A stretch of 64,000 nucleotides of DNA, taken from NCBI GenBank assembly GCA_003559575.1, contig PWKZ01000169.1, positions 197-64,196 of the forward strand, in the 5' to 3' direction. The notes beneath the pieces are model-generated. The model had not been told where the DNA came from. It saw only the letters and a list, made by a program, of their open reading frames with translations, and searched no databases. The position numbers and the translations under genes are program-made. Source of the stretch: Bradymonadales bacterium (GTDB lineage Bacteria; Myxococcota_A; UBA9042; PWKZ01). Positions 46,647-56,844 of the stretch are shown piece by piece; the first letter of the stretch is position 1, and each line of letters opens with the position of its first letter.

Positions 46647-48733
46647 GAGGTGACTTGCTTGCCAAGAGCTTGCGCGCGGCTGAGACGCACCTTCCCCTGA
46701 CGGTCGACGGCGATGACCTTGACCAGGATCTCGTCCTGTTCACGAACCACGTCCTCGACGCGGTCAATTCGGCGGTCGGCCATCTCCGAAATGTGAACCA
46801 GCCCCTCGGCGCCGGGGAGGAACTCGACGAACGCGCCGAAATCAACTACCCGAACCACGCGACCGAGATAAATCGATCCGATCTCCGGCTCCTCAGTGCA
46901 GCGCTTGACGAGCCCGAGCGCATCCTCCATCACGGTCGCGTCGCGCGCCGCCACGTGGACCTCACCGTCGTCTCTGACATCGATGATCGCGCCGGTCTGC
47001 TCGACGATTGAGCGGATGTTCTTTCCTCCGGGCCCGATGAGATCGCGGATGCGATCGGGGTTGATCCGGATGGACTCGATGCGCGGCGCCCAGGCCGACA
47101 TCTCCTTTCGCGCCGCGGGCAGAGCCTCGTCCATCTTGTCGAGCACATGCAGTCGCGCCTCGCGCGCCTGACTCAGCGCGTCCTTGAGGATCCCCTCGGA
47201 CAGGCCGTCGATCTTGATATCCATCTGCAGCGCCGAGACGCCGTCCCTATCGCCGACCACCTTGAAGTCCATGTCGCCGAGGTGATCCTCATCGCCCAAG
47301 ATGTCGGACAAGATGCGGATCTTGCGCCCCTCTTTGATGAGCCCCATTGCGATCCCCGCCACGGACCGGCTGAGCGGCATCCCGCCGTCCATCATCGCCA
47401 GCGAGGAGGCGCAGACGGTGGCCATTGAAGAGCTGCCGTTGGACTCGAGCACTTCGCCGACCACGCGGACCGTGTAAGGCCACTCCTCCTGCGTCGGAAG
47501 CGCCGGAGTGAGCCCGCGCTCGGCCAGCGCACCGTGGCCGATGTCGCGCCGCGAGGGGCCGCGCTGAAAGCGCGCTTCGCCCACGCTGAACGGGGGGAAG
47601 TTGTAATGCAAAAGGAAGCGCTTGGTGGTGTCGCCGGTGAGCAAATCGAGGCGCTGCTCGTCGTGGCTGGTGCCGAGCGTGAGCGTTCCAAGCACCTGGG
47701 TCTCGCCCCTCGTAAAGAGGGCCGAGCCGTGCGTACAGGGCAGAATGCCGGTCTCGCAAGTGATCGGGCGCACATCGGCCAAACCGCGGCCGTCGATCCG
47801 TTTGCGTTTGTCGACTATCGTCTGTCGGACCGCGTCACGCTTGAGGTCGCCGAAGGCGCGTTTGATGGCGCCGTGCTCCTCGGGATACTTCTCGCCAAGA
47901 GAGTCGAGAGTCTCTTGCTTGAGCTTGTCGATGGTCCCATAGCGCTCCATCTTGTCGGAGATGAAGGCCGCCTTGGCCACCTTCTTCGCCATGAGCTTCC
48001 GCACATCGGCGACGAGCGCCTCGTTGACCTTGGGCGGCTCAACCTCGCGCTTGGGCTTGCCCACCTTGCGGCGCAGCCGGCGAAGCATCTCGATGACTTC
48101 GTTGGCTTGCTGTTGGGCGAACAAAAGCGCCTCGATGATGACCGCCTCCGGGAGGAACTCGGCGCCGCCCTCGACCATGACGATCCCTTGCGGACCCACG
48201 GCGACGATGAAATCCAGCTCGGAGGCCTCGCGCTCGGCGTAGGTCGGGTTGACCACGAGTTCGCCATTGACACGACCGACCCTCACCCCGGCGACGGGCC
48301 CCTCGAAGGGGATGTCGCTGATTTCGAGCGCCGCGCCGGCGCCAATGAGAGAGAGGATGTCGGCGTCGTTCTCCTGGTCCATGGAGAGGACCGTGGCAAT
48401 AACCTGCGTCTCGCACCGAAAACCCTCGGTGAACAGCGGCCGGATGGGGCGATCAATGAACCTCGAGATCAGGGTCTCGTGGGTTGAGAGGCGCCCCTCG
48501 CGTTTGAAGTAGCCACCGGGGATCTTACCGGCGGAATAGGTCTTTTCCACATAGTCGACAGTCAGTGGAAAGAAGTCGATCCCCTCGCGAGGTTCGTGCG
48601 ATGACGTAGCCGTAACGAGCACCACGGAGTTGCCGTAGCGCACGAGCGCCGCGCCTCCGGCCTGGCGCGCCATGCGGCCGGTCTCGATGATAAGCTCGCG
48701 CCCGCCGATCGTGATGGATTCTTGCGTGACCAT
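46643..48733 (-). CDS. pnp: polyribonucleotide nucleotidyltransferase (PNPase)
   Basis: Two RNase PH domains plus KH and S1 domains. 696 aa colinear with bacterial PNPases. Located downstream of rpsO. Confidence 0.9.
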   Translation of the reverse strand: MVTQESITIGGRELIIETGRMARQAGGAALVRYGNSVVLVTATSSHEPREGIDFFPLTVDYVEKTYSAGKIPGGYFKREGRLSTHETLISRFIDRPIRPLFTEGFRCETQVIATVLSMDQENDADILSLIGAGAALEISDIPFEGPVAGVRVGRVNGELVVNPTYAEREASELDFIVAVGPQGIVMVEGGAEFLPEAVIIEALLFAQQQANEVIEMLRRLRRKVGKPKREVEPPKVNEALVADVRKLMAKKVAKAAFISDKMERYGTIDKLKQETLDSLGEKYPEEHGAIKRAFGDLKRDAVRQTIVDKRKRIDGRGLADVRPITCETGILPCTHGSALFTRGETQVLGTLTLGTSHDEQRLDLLTGDTTKRFLLHYNFPPFSVGEARFQRGPSRRDIGHGALAERGLTPALPTQEEWPYTVRVVGEVLESNGSSSMATVCASSLAMMDGGMPLSRSVAGIAMGLIKEGRKIRILSDILGDEDHLGDMDFKVVGDRDGVSALQMDIKIDGLSEGILKDALSQAREARLHVLDKMDEALPAARKEMSAWAPRIESIRINPDRIRDLIGPGGKNIRSIVEQTGAIIDVRDDGEVHVAARDATVMEDALGLVKRCTEEPEIGSIYLGRVVRVVDFGAFVEFLPGAEGLVHISEMADRRIDRVEDVVREQDEILVKVIAVDRQGKVRLSRAQALGKQVTS

Positions 48734-48797
48734 AAATTGCCTGTTCCTTCTATGTATTCTTCAGAGTCGTGACGATTCGTGAGATGTCGTCTTATCG

Positions 48798-49067
48798 CTA
48801 CTTGCGAATGCCGAGGGCTTTGATGAGATTCCGGTAACGCGCGAAGTCCAGCCTCTTGACGTAATCAAGCAGGCGCCGCCGTTTCCCGACCAGCATCAAC
48901 AGCCCACGGCGGGAGTGATGATCGTGTTTGTGCGTCTTGAAGTGCTCGGTGAGGTATTGGATTCGCGCCGTCAACAGCGCGACCTGCACCTCGGGGGAAC
49001 CCGTGTCTCCCTCATGACGCTTGAATTTCTCGATCAGTTCAGCTTTGTCCGTAGTGTGAAGCGGCAT
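48798..49067 (-). CDS. rpsO: 30S ribosomal protein S15
   Basis: 89-aa product from the internal Met ([15 protein letters not shown]...LGIRK), typical S15 length and motif [13 protein letters not shown] track extends to 49124. Confidence 0.85.
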   Translation of the reverse strand: MPLHTTDKAELIEKFKRHEGDTGSPEVQVALLTARIQYLTEHFKTHKHDHHSRRGLLMLVGKRRRLLDYVKRLDFARYRNLIKALGIRK

Positions 49068-49182
49068 ATTACCTCCAAAAAGTCGCGTACGCTCCTGCCG
49101 CAGGTGCGCCGTCAAGTATGACACCCGCTCTCCCCATTTGAGAGCGATGGCCGGGTGACGCTAGTCCAATTGCCTTCTTATG

Positions 49183-50094
49183 TCAATTGAATCCTCTCAG
49201 TACCTTGAGGTCGTTTCCGCCCTCCTGACGCTCGGCCACCGCGACCAACTCCCCTTTCGGCCCGAGGAGGCGCAGCGCGCACCCCCGGGGCGCCGATTCC
49301 CCCGGAATCATGCGCCCATGCCGCACGGCAAGCGTCTCCTCGACCGAGAGATTGACGGCCGGCAACGACCCGAGCGCTTGATTGACGTCGATCAAGCGCT
49401 CGCGCCACGGCACCTCGCCCCGCTCCAGTACGTCGGGTGTGATCGCCTGGTCCAAGCGCAAGCCCGCGCTCTCGGTGCGACAGAGGGCCGCGAGGTGGCC
49501 GCCGCAACCGAGCGCCAGGCCAAGGTCGTGGGCCAGCGAGCGAACGTAGAACCCTCGGCCGCAACAGACCTCAAGCTCGATCTCCGGCAGCGCGAGGCCG
49601 ACTAGTTCAAGCGAGTAGACGACCACTTCGCGCGCAATGGGATTGACTTCCCGTCCCGCGCGCGCCAGGGCGTAGAGTCGCTTCCCACCCCGCTTGAGCG
49701 CCGAGTGTGCCGGCGGCACCTGTGAGAATGTACCCCTGAAGCGATCCAGGAGGGACTCCAGGTGCACCTCGTCGAACTTACCGACCTCCCCCTCCGCGAC
49801 GGTGTTGCCGGCGGCGTCATAAGAGTCGGTTGTGCGCCCAAGAGTGACTGTCGCGAGGTAGCGTTTCGGCGCGTCCATCAACCACGGCACCGCCTTGGTT
49901 CCCTCGCCGAGACAGACGAGCAGAAGCCCCGCGGCCATCGGATCGAGGGTCCCGGCGTGTCCCACCTTGCGCACTCCGGTGAGCTTTCGCACCAAGCGAA
50001 CGATGTCGAAGGATGTCGGTCCTCGTGGCTTGTTGACGGCCAGTACCCCATCAGCGCGATTCTGCGGCGTGTTCGGGGCGGCTCTTTTCGCCAT
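49183..50094 (-). CDS. truB: tRNA pseudouridine(55) synthase TruB
   Basis: Catalytic motif GHAGTLDPMAAGLL. Conserved position downstream of rbfA. Confidence 0.85.
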   Translation of the reverse strand: MAKRAAPNTPQNRADGVLAVNKPRGPTSFDIVRLVRKLTGVRKVGHAGTLDPMAAGLLLVCLGEGTKAVPWLMDAPKRYLATVTLGRTTDSYDAAGNTVAEGEVGKFDEVHLESLLDRFRGTFSQVPPAHSALKRGGKRLYALARAGREVNPIAREVVVYSLELVGLALPEIELEVCCGRGFYVRSLAHDLGLALGCGGHLAALCRTESAGLRLDQAITPDVLERGEVPWRERLIDVNQALGSLPAVNLSVEETLAVRHGRMIPGESAPRGCALRLLGPKGELVAVAERQEGGNDLKVLRGFN

Positions 50095-50516
50095 CAGTCG
50101 GTCAAGTCCGGAGGAGGGGCGTCCTTTTCTTCGGACAAGCCGGAATCGCGCTCGCCCCTCACGGAGGCCAGAAGCTGGTCGATTCGCCGACCTCGCGCCA
50201 CCCCCTCGTCGAGCTTGAAGCGCAGCTCCGGGGTATGGCGGATGTGAAGTGCCGCCCCAAGCACCTTGCGAAGATAGCCCGCTGAGCGCTGGAACGCCTC
50301 GATGAGCTCCTCGCGAGGTGTCTCTTCAGACAATGTCACCACATAGGCGGTCGCGATCCGACAGTCGCCACTGACCTCAACGTCGGTGACGACACTGTCG
50401 GCCAAAATGGAATCACGAGCGCGACAGAGCAGCTCCTCCGACAGAACCTCGCGAATCAACGGCGCCAGACGGACAGAGCGGCGCGCGCCCGGCCGATTTC
50501 TACTCTTGGACATCAC
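50094..50516 (-). CDS. rbfA: ribosome-binding factor A
   Basis: RbfA-like KH fold (RLAPLIREVLSEEL ... VSGDCRIATAYV). Position infB-DUF503-rbfA-truB. Confidence 0.8.
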   Translation of the reverse strand: MMSKSRNRPGARRSVRLAPLIREVLSEELLCRARDSILADSVVTDVEVSGDCRIATAYVVTLSEETPREELIEAFQRSAGYLRKVLGAALHIRHTPELRFKLDEGVARGRRIDQLLASVRGERDSGLSEEKDAPPPDLTD

Positions 50517-50816
50517 TCAATAATTCATAATCTCGAACTGGTGGTCTGCGATCCTTGCCAGCTCGAGTTCGTCGACACTCTCGACAATCTGGTCGATGAG
50601 CGAGTTTACAAAGCGCCGGCTGTTGCTAACCACGGCCACCCCGATGACCCCCACCGACAAATTATCCAACTCATCCACTTCTGCTATCGAGATAGCGAAG
50701 CGGTTCCTCGTCCGCGAGACGAGCTTGCGCATCACACTGCGCTTCGCCTTGAGAGAACTCGTCGGTGGAAGCGCCAACGTAATCTGGAGAACTCCAACGA
50801 CCATGACGCCCATCAC
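50517..50816 (-). CDS. DUF503 (YlxP-like) protein
   Basis: ~99 aa. Conserved location between infB and rbfA. Confidence 0.7.
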   Translation of the reverse strand: MMGVMVVGVLQITLALPPTSSLKAKRSVMRKLVSRTRNRFAISIAEVDELDNLSVGVIGVAVVSNSRRFVNSLIDQIVESVDELELARIADHQFEIMNY

Positions 50817-53764
50817 CCCGTCGCGGCTTTGTACTGCACCTCAAAGGACTCGATCACGTCACCCGTCTTGACGTCATTGTAGTTCTCGAGCCCAATGCCG
50901 CACTCGAAGCCCTCGCGCACCTCTTTGGCGTCATCTTTGAAACGCCGCAAGGTGGACATCTTGCCCTCCCAGATGACCACGTTGTCGCGCACCAGACGAA
51001 CCGCGCTCCCGCGCACGACCTTGCCGTCAATCACCATGACACCGGCGACGGTGCCGGTTTTGGGAATTTGGAACAGCTCGCGCACCTCGGCGTGGCCGTG
51101 AATGACCTCCTCCTTGGTGGGCGCGAGCATTCCGGTGACAGCGGCCTTGATGTCCTCAACGGCGTCATAGATGATCGAATAGAGCTTGATGTCCACATGC
51201 TCTTGCTCGGCCAACGCCTTGGCGTTCGCCTCCGGGCGCACGTTAAAACCGACGATGATCGCCGCCGACGCCGAGGCAAGGTTGACGTCGTTCTCCGAGA
51301 TCCCACCGACTGCCCCGTGAAGAACTCGGATCTCCACCTCCTCGTGGGACAAGTTGTTCAAGGCATTGCGAATGGCCTCGATGGACCCCTGAGCGTCCGC
51401 CTTGAGGATAATCTTGAGTTCTTTCAACTCACCGGCCTTGATGTCGCCAAAGAGGTTCTCGAGCGAAGGCCGGGCGGAGGCCGCCAGCCGAGTCTCGCGC
51501 TCCTTCTGGGCGCGATAATCGGCCACCGCGCGGGCGTTCTTGTCGTCGGTGACGACATCGAAGATATCGCTCGCGCTCAACACATCGGCCCACCCGGTGA
51601 CTTCCACCGGTGTCGATGGCCCGGCCGACTCAATGGGCTGGCCACGGTCATCCAACATCTGCCGCACTCGACCGTGCACCGCGCCGCAGACGACAGCGTC
51701 GCCCGGCCGCAGTGTACCCTCCTGGACCAACAGCGTCGCCACCGGCCCTCGCCTCGGGTCGAGCTTGGACTCGACCACCACGCCGCGCGCACGCTTGTCG
51801 GGGTTGGCGGTCAACTCCAACATCTCGGCTTGCAGCAGCAGCAGCTCCAGGAGCCGATCGATCCCCTTGTGCTCTTTGGCCGAAATGTCGACAAAGATGT
51901 TTTCGCCGCCCCACTCCTCGGGCACCAGATTGAACTCGGTGAGAGTCTGCCGCACCCGCTCAGGATCGGCGTTGTCTTTGTCGATCTTGTTGATCGCCAC
52001 CACAATCGGGACGTTCGCCGCGCGCGCGTGGTTGATCGCCTCTTTCGTCTGCGGCATGATCCCGTCGTCGGCCGCGACCACGAGGATTACGATATCCGTG
52101 ACCTGCGCCCCCCGCGCGCGCATGGCAGTGAACGCCTCGTGGCCCGGAGTATCGACGAAGGTTATTCGTCCGCCGTCGAGATCGACCGTGTAAGCGCCGA
52201 TGTGCTGAGTTATTCCGCCGGACTCCTTGTCGACGATGCGCGTGTTTTGAATAGCATCGAGTAGCGAGGTCTTGCCGTGGTCGACGTGCCCCATGATGGT
52301 CACCACCGGCGCGCGACTGACGAGATCCTCGCTGGCGTCTTCTTCGTGTTCGATATACTGCTTCTCCTCAAACGCCACACTCTCGACCGTGAAGTCGTAC
52401 TCCTGGGCAATGATGGTCGCCGTATCGAAATCGAAGGTCTGGTTGATTGTCGCCATCACACCAAGCTCCATCAGCTTGGTGATGATCTCAGAGGCCTTGA
52501 CCGATAACGCCTGCGCGAAATCGCCGACAGTGATGACCTCACCCATCCGCACGACTCGCTTGGCCGCCTTCGGCACGGTCTGAGGAGTCGTCTGGGCCGG
52601 CCGGCGCTGCCCCTTCTGCTTGCGTCGCTTGCGACCGGCGCGCGCGAACCCGGCGGCGTCGCCTTCGAACCGCGAGCGGGGGCCACCCGAGTCCCGACGA
52701 TGGTCGTAGACCCGCTTGCCGCGCTTGCGTCGTGGCTCCTTGTCCGGCGGCGGTCCCAGAGGAGCCCCTGGAGGCAAAACACCATCGGGCCCCGGCCGGG
52801 GGGTCGGGAACGGATCGGGAGCACCGGAGGGCGGCCCGACACGCCTGGGCGCGCGCGGGCGCTCCGGTCGCGGTGGCTCGGGCTGGATGCTTATCCGGCT
52901 CAACACCTTGGCTCGCTGACCTTCGGTCTGCGGCGCACGCGCCGTGATCTCGGCGTCCGCATACAATGGGCCCTGGCGGCGCGCCGGCTTCCGGGGATCT
53001 GATTCTAAATCCGCCCCCTCATCCTCCATCGACTCCGGCGTCGCTTCTGCGGAGAGCGCCTCCTCGGGCGCACCGGCTTCCACCCTCTCGCCCGGGGATT
53101 CTCCGGCGGTCGGCTCGGCGGCCGAGGCCCCCTCCTCGGCCGCTACGCGAGGGGCACCGGGATCCGACACCTCAGCCGCGGCGGCGGAGTCGGCTTTGGC
53201 GCTCGGGGACGAAACGTCCGAGGGAATCTCGCCCTCCTCCTGCTTCACCTCGACCGGCGCAACATCAGGCGGCGTCTCCTCCAGGACTTCGGCCGGGGGC
53301 TCCGCTTCCTTGGGCGCGCGTCTCACGATCCTGGCCTTGGGCGCCGCGCGCCGCTTGGGCCGCGGAGTCTCGGCGGCGGTCTCCGCGGGTGGTGTGGCGG
53401 CCTCCGCGACCGGTGTGACTACCTCCGCCTCTTTCGAGGGCGCGGGCTCGCCCGGGGTAGCGGCCTCGGCCGGGGCCTCCTCGGTCGGCTCCGGCGTGGG
53501 GTCGGGCTCGGCTTTGGCCCGTCTCTTCTCCGAACCGCGCGCCGCTCGACGCCGGATTACCGTCGGACGGATCCGGCGCTCGACCACCTCACCCTCGCGA
53601 GGCTTTGCGAACAACGCACGGATGCGCTCCTCGTCCTCCGGGTTCAAAGAGGTCAAATGATTCTCGACTGTCACATCGGGAATCTCATCTCTCACGCGCG
53701 CCAACAGGGTCTTGTTGTCGACCCCTATTTCACGCGCCAACTCGTAGACTCTCGTCTTACTCAT
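50813..53764 (-). CDS. infB: translation initiation factor IF-2
   Basis: G-domain motifs (GHVDHGKTSLLD, DTPGHEAF, NKIDK). Long Ala/Pro/Glu-rich N-terminus. 983 aa. Confidence 0.9.
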   Translation of the reverse strand: MSKTRVYELAREIGVDNKTLLARVRDEIPDVTVENHLTSLNPEDEERIRALFAKPREGEVVERRIRPTVIRRRAARGSEKRRAKAEPDPTPEPTEEAPAEAATPGEPAPSKEAEVVTPVAEAATPPAETAAETPRPKRRAAPKARIVRRAPKEAEPPAEVLEETPPDVAPVEVKQEEGEIPSDVSSPSAKADSAAAAEVSDPGAPRVAAEEGASAAEPTAGESPGERVEAGAPEEALSAEATPESMEDEGADLESDPRKPARRQGPLYADAEITARAPQTEGQRAKVLSRISIQPEPPRPERPRAPRRVGPPSGAPDPFPTPRPGPDGVLPPGAPLGPPPDKEPRRKRGKRVYDHRRDSGGPRSRFEGDAAGFARAGRKRRKQKGQRRPAQTTPQTVPKAAKRVVRMGEVITVGDFAQALSVKASEIITKLMELGVMATINQTFDFDTATIIAQEYDFTVESVAFEEKQYIEHEEDASEDLVSRAPVVTIMGHVDHGKTSLLDAIQNTRIVDKESGGITQHIGAYTVDLDGGRITFVDTPGHEAFTAMRARGAQVTDIVILVVAADDGIMPQTKEAINHARAANVPIVVAINKIDKDNADPERVRQTLTEFNLVPEEWGGENIFVDISAKEHKGIDRLLELLLLQAEMLELTANPDKRARGVVVESKLDPRRGPVATLLVQEGTLRPGDAVVCGAVHGRVRQMLDDRGQPIESAGPSTPVEVTGWADVLSASDIFDVVTDDKNARAVADYRAQKERETRLAASARPSLENLFGDIKAGELKELKIILKADAQGSIEAIRNALNNLSHEEVEIRVLHGAVGGISENDVNLASASAAIIVGFNVRPEANAKALAEQEHVDIKLYSIIYDAVEDIKAAVTGMLAPTKEEVIHGHAEVRELFQIPKTGTVAGVMVIDGKVVRGSAVRLVRDNVVIWEGKMSTLRRFKDDAKEVREGFECGIGLENYNDVKTGDVIESFEVQYKAATG

Positions 53765-54369
53765 GAATGCTTGCTCGATTCACGTCTTCGCACACGTCGG
53801 CGGGCACGTCGCCCTTTCGGTTCGTCACCCATTCGGTCACTCTTGTGCTCGAAGAATCGATACTCTTCAAGCCGCTCTCGAATCATCTCTTTCGCCACCG
53901 CATCCGTGACGACTCCATCTAGAAGCCGCTCGGCCTCGGCCACACACAACGGCGCATCCGGTGCGCCGTGACGCGCACCATGAAATGCGCCACTCGGCAA
54001 CGGGACTTGTATCCGCCCCGCCATCATGTTGCAAGCCCGGTCGGTCCGCCAAGCAGTCCGAACGGCTTGCCAAAGCCGCCGCACCAACGCCATCCGCACT
54101 CGCTCACGCAACAGAGCCGGCTCGACACGCAGCCCCGGAGTGCGAAAAGCCGAAATAAACACGCCGCTTTGCGCCGCGCGAGTAGCACAGCGCGGGTTGG
54201 GGCACAACCACGCGCCCCTCCCCGCCCGCGGCATCCCATCGAGTTCGACGCCGAACTCGACATCGCCGGCTTGCGAACGCACGAAACGCAGCAGATCGCG
54301 CGCCGGGCGTCGTCGTCTGCAGCCCACGCACATTCGAACGGGCCCCACTGGCGCTGTCGTGTCGCCCAC
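53761..54369 (-). CDS. YlxR-like (DUF448) RNA-binding protein, possibly fused to an L7Ae-like region
   Basis: N-terminal RMCVGCRRRRPARDLLRFV motif. Located between nusA and infB. Confidence 0.6.
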   Translation of the reverse strand: MGDTTAPVGPVRMCVGCRRRRPARDLLRFVRSQAGDVEFGVELDGMPRAGRGAWLCPNPRCATRAAQSGVFISAFRTPGLRVEPALLRERVRMALVRRLWQAVRTAWRTDRACNMMAGRIQVPLPSGAFHGARHGAPDAPLCVAEAERLLDGVVTDAVAKEMIRERLEEYRFFEHKSDRMGDEPKGRRARRRVRRRESSKHS

Positions 54370-54376
54370 CCGGACC

Positions 54377-55981
54377 TCACTTCTTCAGCGCAGACGCTGC
54401 ATCGCCGGCAGACGCCGTCTCGGGCGCGGTCTCCGGCTCGGGCGCGGCCTCCGGCTCGGGCGCGGCCTCCGGCTCCGGCCTGGGCGCCACAGGCCCCATC
54501 CCCAATCCCGGCTCCGCTCCAAGGGTCGGTACGAACTCGGAGTCCTTGCTCCTCAATCCGGCCACAATCCGATCGCTGTCGCTGAGCGGCGCACCGATCG
54601 GACCGAGCCCCGCCGGCTCTTTTTCCTGCGCGGGCTCCTGGCGCTCCTGGCGCTCGCGCTCTTCCATCTCGCGTAGCTCTTGGTGATGCTCGAACGCTAG
54701 CTGCTGGATCTGCTGCGCCACCTCGAGAGTCAAGCCGGGGATCGCGGTCAGCTCGGATTCTTCGGCGTTCATCATGTTCTCGGCCGAGTGATACCCGAGC
54801 TTGAACAGGTAGAGCACGAGGCTGCTGTCGACCCCTCCGGCCTCCAGCCGCTCGCGCAACATCGTTTTGGTCTCCTCGATCTTCGACTCGCTGAAGATCT
54901 TGATCTCGTATCCGACCAGGCGATGCGCCAGCCGAACGTTTTGACCCCGTCGCCCAATGGCGAGGGAGAGCTGATCATCGGGCACGATTAGCTCGATAAC
55001 CGCGTTGTCGTCATCCACCAACACCCGGCTCACCTCGGCGGGGGCGATCGCGGCGCAGACGAAGCGCGCGGCGTCCTCGTAATACGGCACTATATCGATC
55101 TTCTCGCCACGCAACTCTTGCACCACCGCCTGCACGCGGACACCCTTCATTCCGACGCACGCCCCGACAGGATCGACGTCGGAGTCGCGTGACCTCACGG
55201 CGACCTTCGTGCGCTCGCCGGGCTCGCGCGCGACCCGTACGATGTCGACGATCCCCTCATAGATCTCCGGCACCTCGAGCTCAAACAGCTTCAAGATGAG
55301 CCCCTCGGCAGCACGCGACAGAACGATTTGAGGGCCCTTGGCTTGTTTCTGGACGTCGAGGACGTAGGCTTGCACCCGATCGCCGGCACGATAGCTCTCG
55401 CGATGCGTCTGCTCACGGGTCGGCAAAACAGCCTCGGCGCGACCGAGATCAATAATGATGTTGCCGCGCTCAAAACGCCGCGCGATGCCGGTGATTAGCT
55501 CGCCCTTGCGATCCTTGTACTCGGCATAGACCATGTGCCGCTCGGCCTCGCGCACCCGTTGCAATATCACTTGCTTTGCGGTCTGCGCCGCGATCCGGCC
55601 GAAGGCGCGACGGTAGGTCTTCAGGCCCAGGAGATCGCCGTAACGCTCGTCCTCCTCCCGGGCACGCTCGGAGTCCTCGGCGCGGTAGAAGATCTGAAAC
55701 CCCAGCTCGTCGCCTGTCTCCGCTTCCGGGTCCACCAGCCGCGCGTCTTCAACGAGGAGCTCGGTGTCAGGGCTCTCGATCTCATCCACCACCGTCATAT
55801 ATTGGAAGAGCTCGATCTGGCCTGTCTCCTCGTTGAGTTGCGCCTCGATGAGGCGCTCATCGCCGAACATGCGCTTGGCGGCGCTCTCGAGCGCCGCCTC
55901 CACCGCGGAGATCAATACGTCTCGATCAATGCCCTTGTCCTTGCCCACCTGGTCGATGACCTGGGTCAGACTGAGGTCCAT
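54377..55981 (-). CDS. nusA: transcription termination/antitermination factor NusA
   Basis: NusA N-terminal, S1 and two KH domains. C-terminal acidic EAAPEP repeats. Start placed at the Met aligning with the NusA N-terminus. Confidence 0.85.
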   Translation of the reverse strand: MDLSLTQVIDQVGKDKGIDRDVLISAVEAALESAAKRMFGDERLIEAQLNEETGQIELFQYMTVVDEIESPDTELLVEDARLVDPEAETGDELGFQIFYRAEDSERAREEDERYGDLLGLKTYRRAFGRIAAQTAKQVILQRVREAERHMVYAEYKDRKGELITGIARRFERGNIIIDLGRAEAVLPTREQTHRESYRAGDRVQAYVLDVQKQAKGPQIVLSRAAEGLILKLFELEVPEIYEGIVDIVRVAREPGERTKVAVRSRDSDVDPVGACVGMKGVRVQAVVQELRGEKIDIVPYYEDAARFVCAAIAPAEVSRVLVDDDNAVIELIVPDDQLSLAIGRRGQNVRLAHRLVGYEIKIFSESKIEETKTMLRERLEAGGVDSSLVLYLFKLGYHSAENMMNAEESELTAIPGLTLEVAQQIQQLAFEHHQELREMEERERQERQEPAQEKEPAGLGPIGAPLSDSDRIVAGLRSKDSEFVPTLGAEPGLGMGPVAPRPEPEAAPEPEAAPEPETAPETASAGDAASALKK

Positions 55982-56116
55982 CCTAGAGATTCCTTCCTTC
56001 ATCATGCCCGCCCCTCATTTGCCGTCTCCCGCAACCGCAGCGGGGACCCGAGGCGAGGAGTTTGGTGTCCATTCTCGTCAGCTCAAAACGAACCGACGAG
56101 GGAGTATCCATAAAGA

Positions 56117-56623
56117 CTACCGGCCTCTTTTACCGGCCGCGCCGGCCTTTTTACCGAAGCTGAATTTCAAGTTGGCCCGCGTCACCGCATCCAACCGCAC
56201 CCGCTCCCGGGCGTTCGGCGTCTCGACAGCGAGGTGATCTTCACCGCAGAGACCGAGAAGCACCCCCTCGATTCGTCGGCTGCCTTGGTCGGTCTCGAAA
56301 ACAACGGCCACTTCGGAGCCTTTGAACCGCTCGAAATCCCTCGGCCGCGTAAGCTTGCGCTCAACCCCCGGCGAGGAGACCTCCAAGCGGTAAGCGCTCT
56401 CGATGAGATCGACGGCGTCGAGCACCACCGAGGCTTCACGGCTAAAAGCGACACAGTCATCAAGCGCGACCGCGCCATCCTGTCTATCGAGGACAATCTT
56501 GAGCGGGCAGCCGGGGACTCTCAAGCTCAACTTGAGTTCCAATATCTCGAGCCCCATCGAAGCGGCTACGGGTGAGAGCAAAACTTCCAGTCTCTCCTCC
56601 AGGTTGGTCGCGTCTCCCGGCAA
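56117..56623 (-). CDS. rimP: ribosome maturation factor RimP
   Basis: Aligns with E. coli RimP (LEERLEVLLSPVAASMGLEILE..., LEVSSPGVERKL). The 5-prime part of the ORF track (to 56743) is translation of the upstream terminator. Start likely TTG 56623 with GGAGAAG RBS. Confidence 0.7.
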   Translation of the reverse strand: MPGDATNLEERLEVLLSPVAASMGLEILELKLSLRVPGCPLKIVLDRQDGAVALDDCVAFSREASVVLDAVDLIESAYRLEVSSPGVERKLTRPRDFERFKGSEVAVVFETDQGSRRIEGVLLGLCGEDHLAVETPNARERVRLDAVTRANLKFSFGKKAGAAGKRGR

Positions 56624-56716
56624 CAGTCTTCTCCGTCTCGTAGGGCCGCCGTTCAAAGCGCCTCTCCAACAAACCAGAAAGTGTTCGGGGTGAACACACC
56701 AGGGTAGGCGCGGGCC

Positions 56717-56743
56717 AAAAAAAAGTGGGCCTGAGAAGCCCAC
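56717..56743 (-). terminator. rho-independent terminator ending the radical SAM operon (minus strand)
   Basis: Minus strand reads GTGGGC TTCTCAG GCCCAC followed by TTTTTTTT. Lies 100 bp after the stop of the B12-radical SAM gene. Confidence 0.7.
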
Positions 56744-56844
56744 CCAAAAGATGCCGAAACCGACATCGCGCGCAACCTAGCACATCAAAATCACGAAAGC
56801 AAACCTGGCGCCGGGCTAAACTCATCTCACAATCCCAGGCAAAC

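Noticed and set aside
47534-48487. 317-aa plus-strand ORF inside pnp, and similar ORFs inside infB (51068..52264) and nrfA (42327..43277)
   Set aside because: Antisense artefacts of high GC within well-supported genes.
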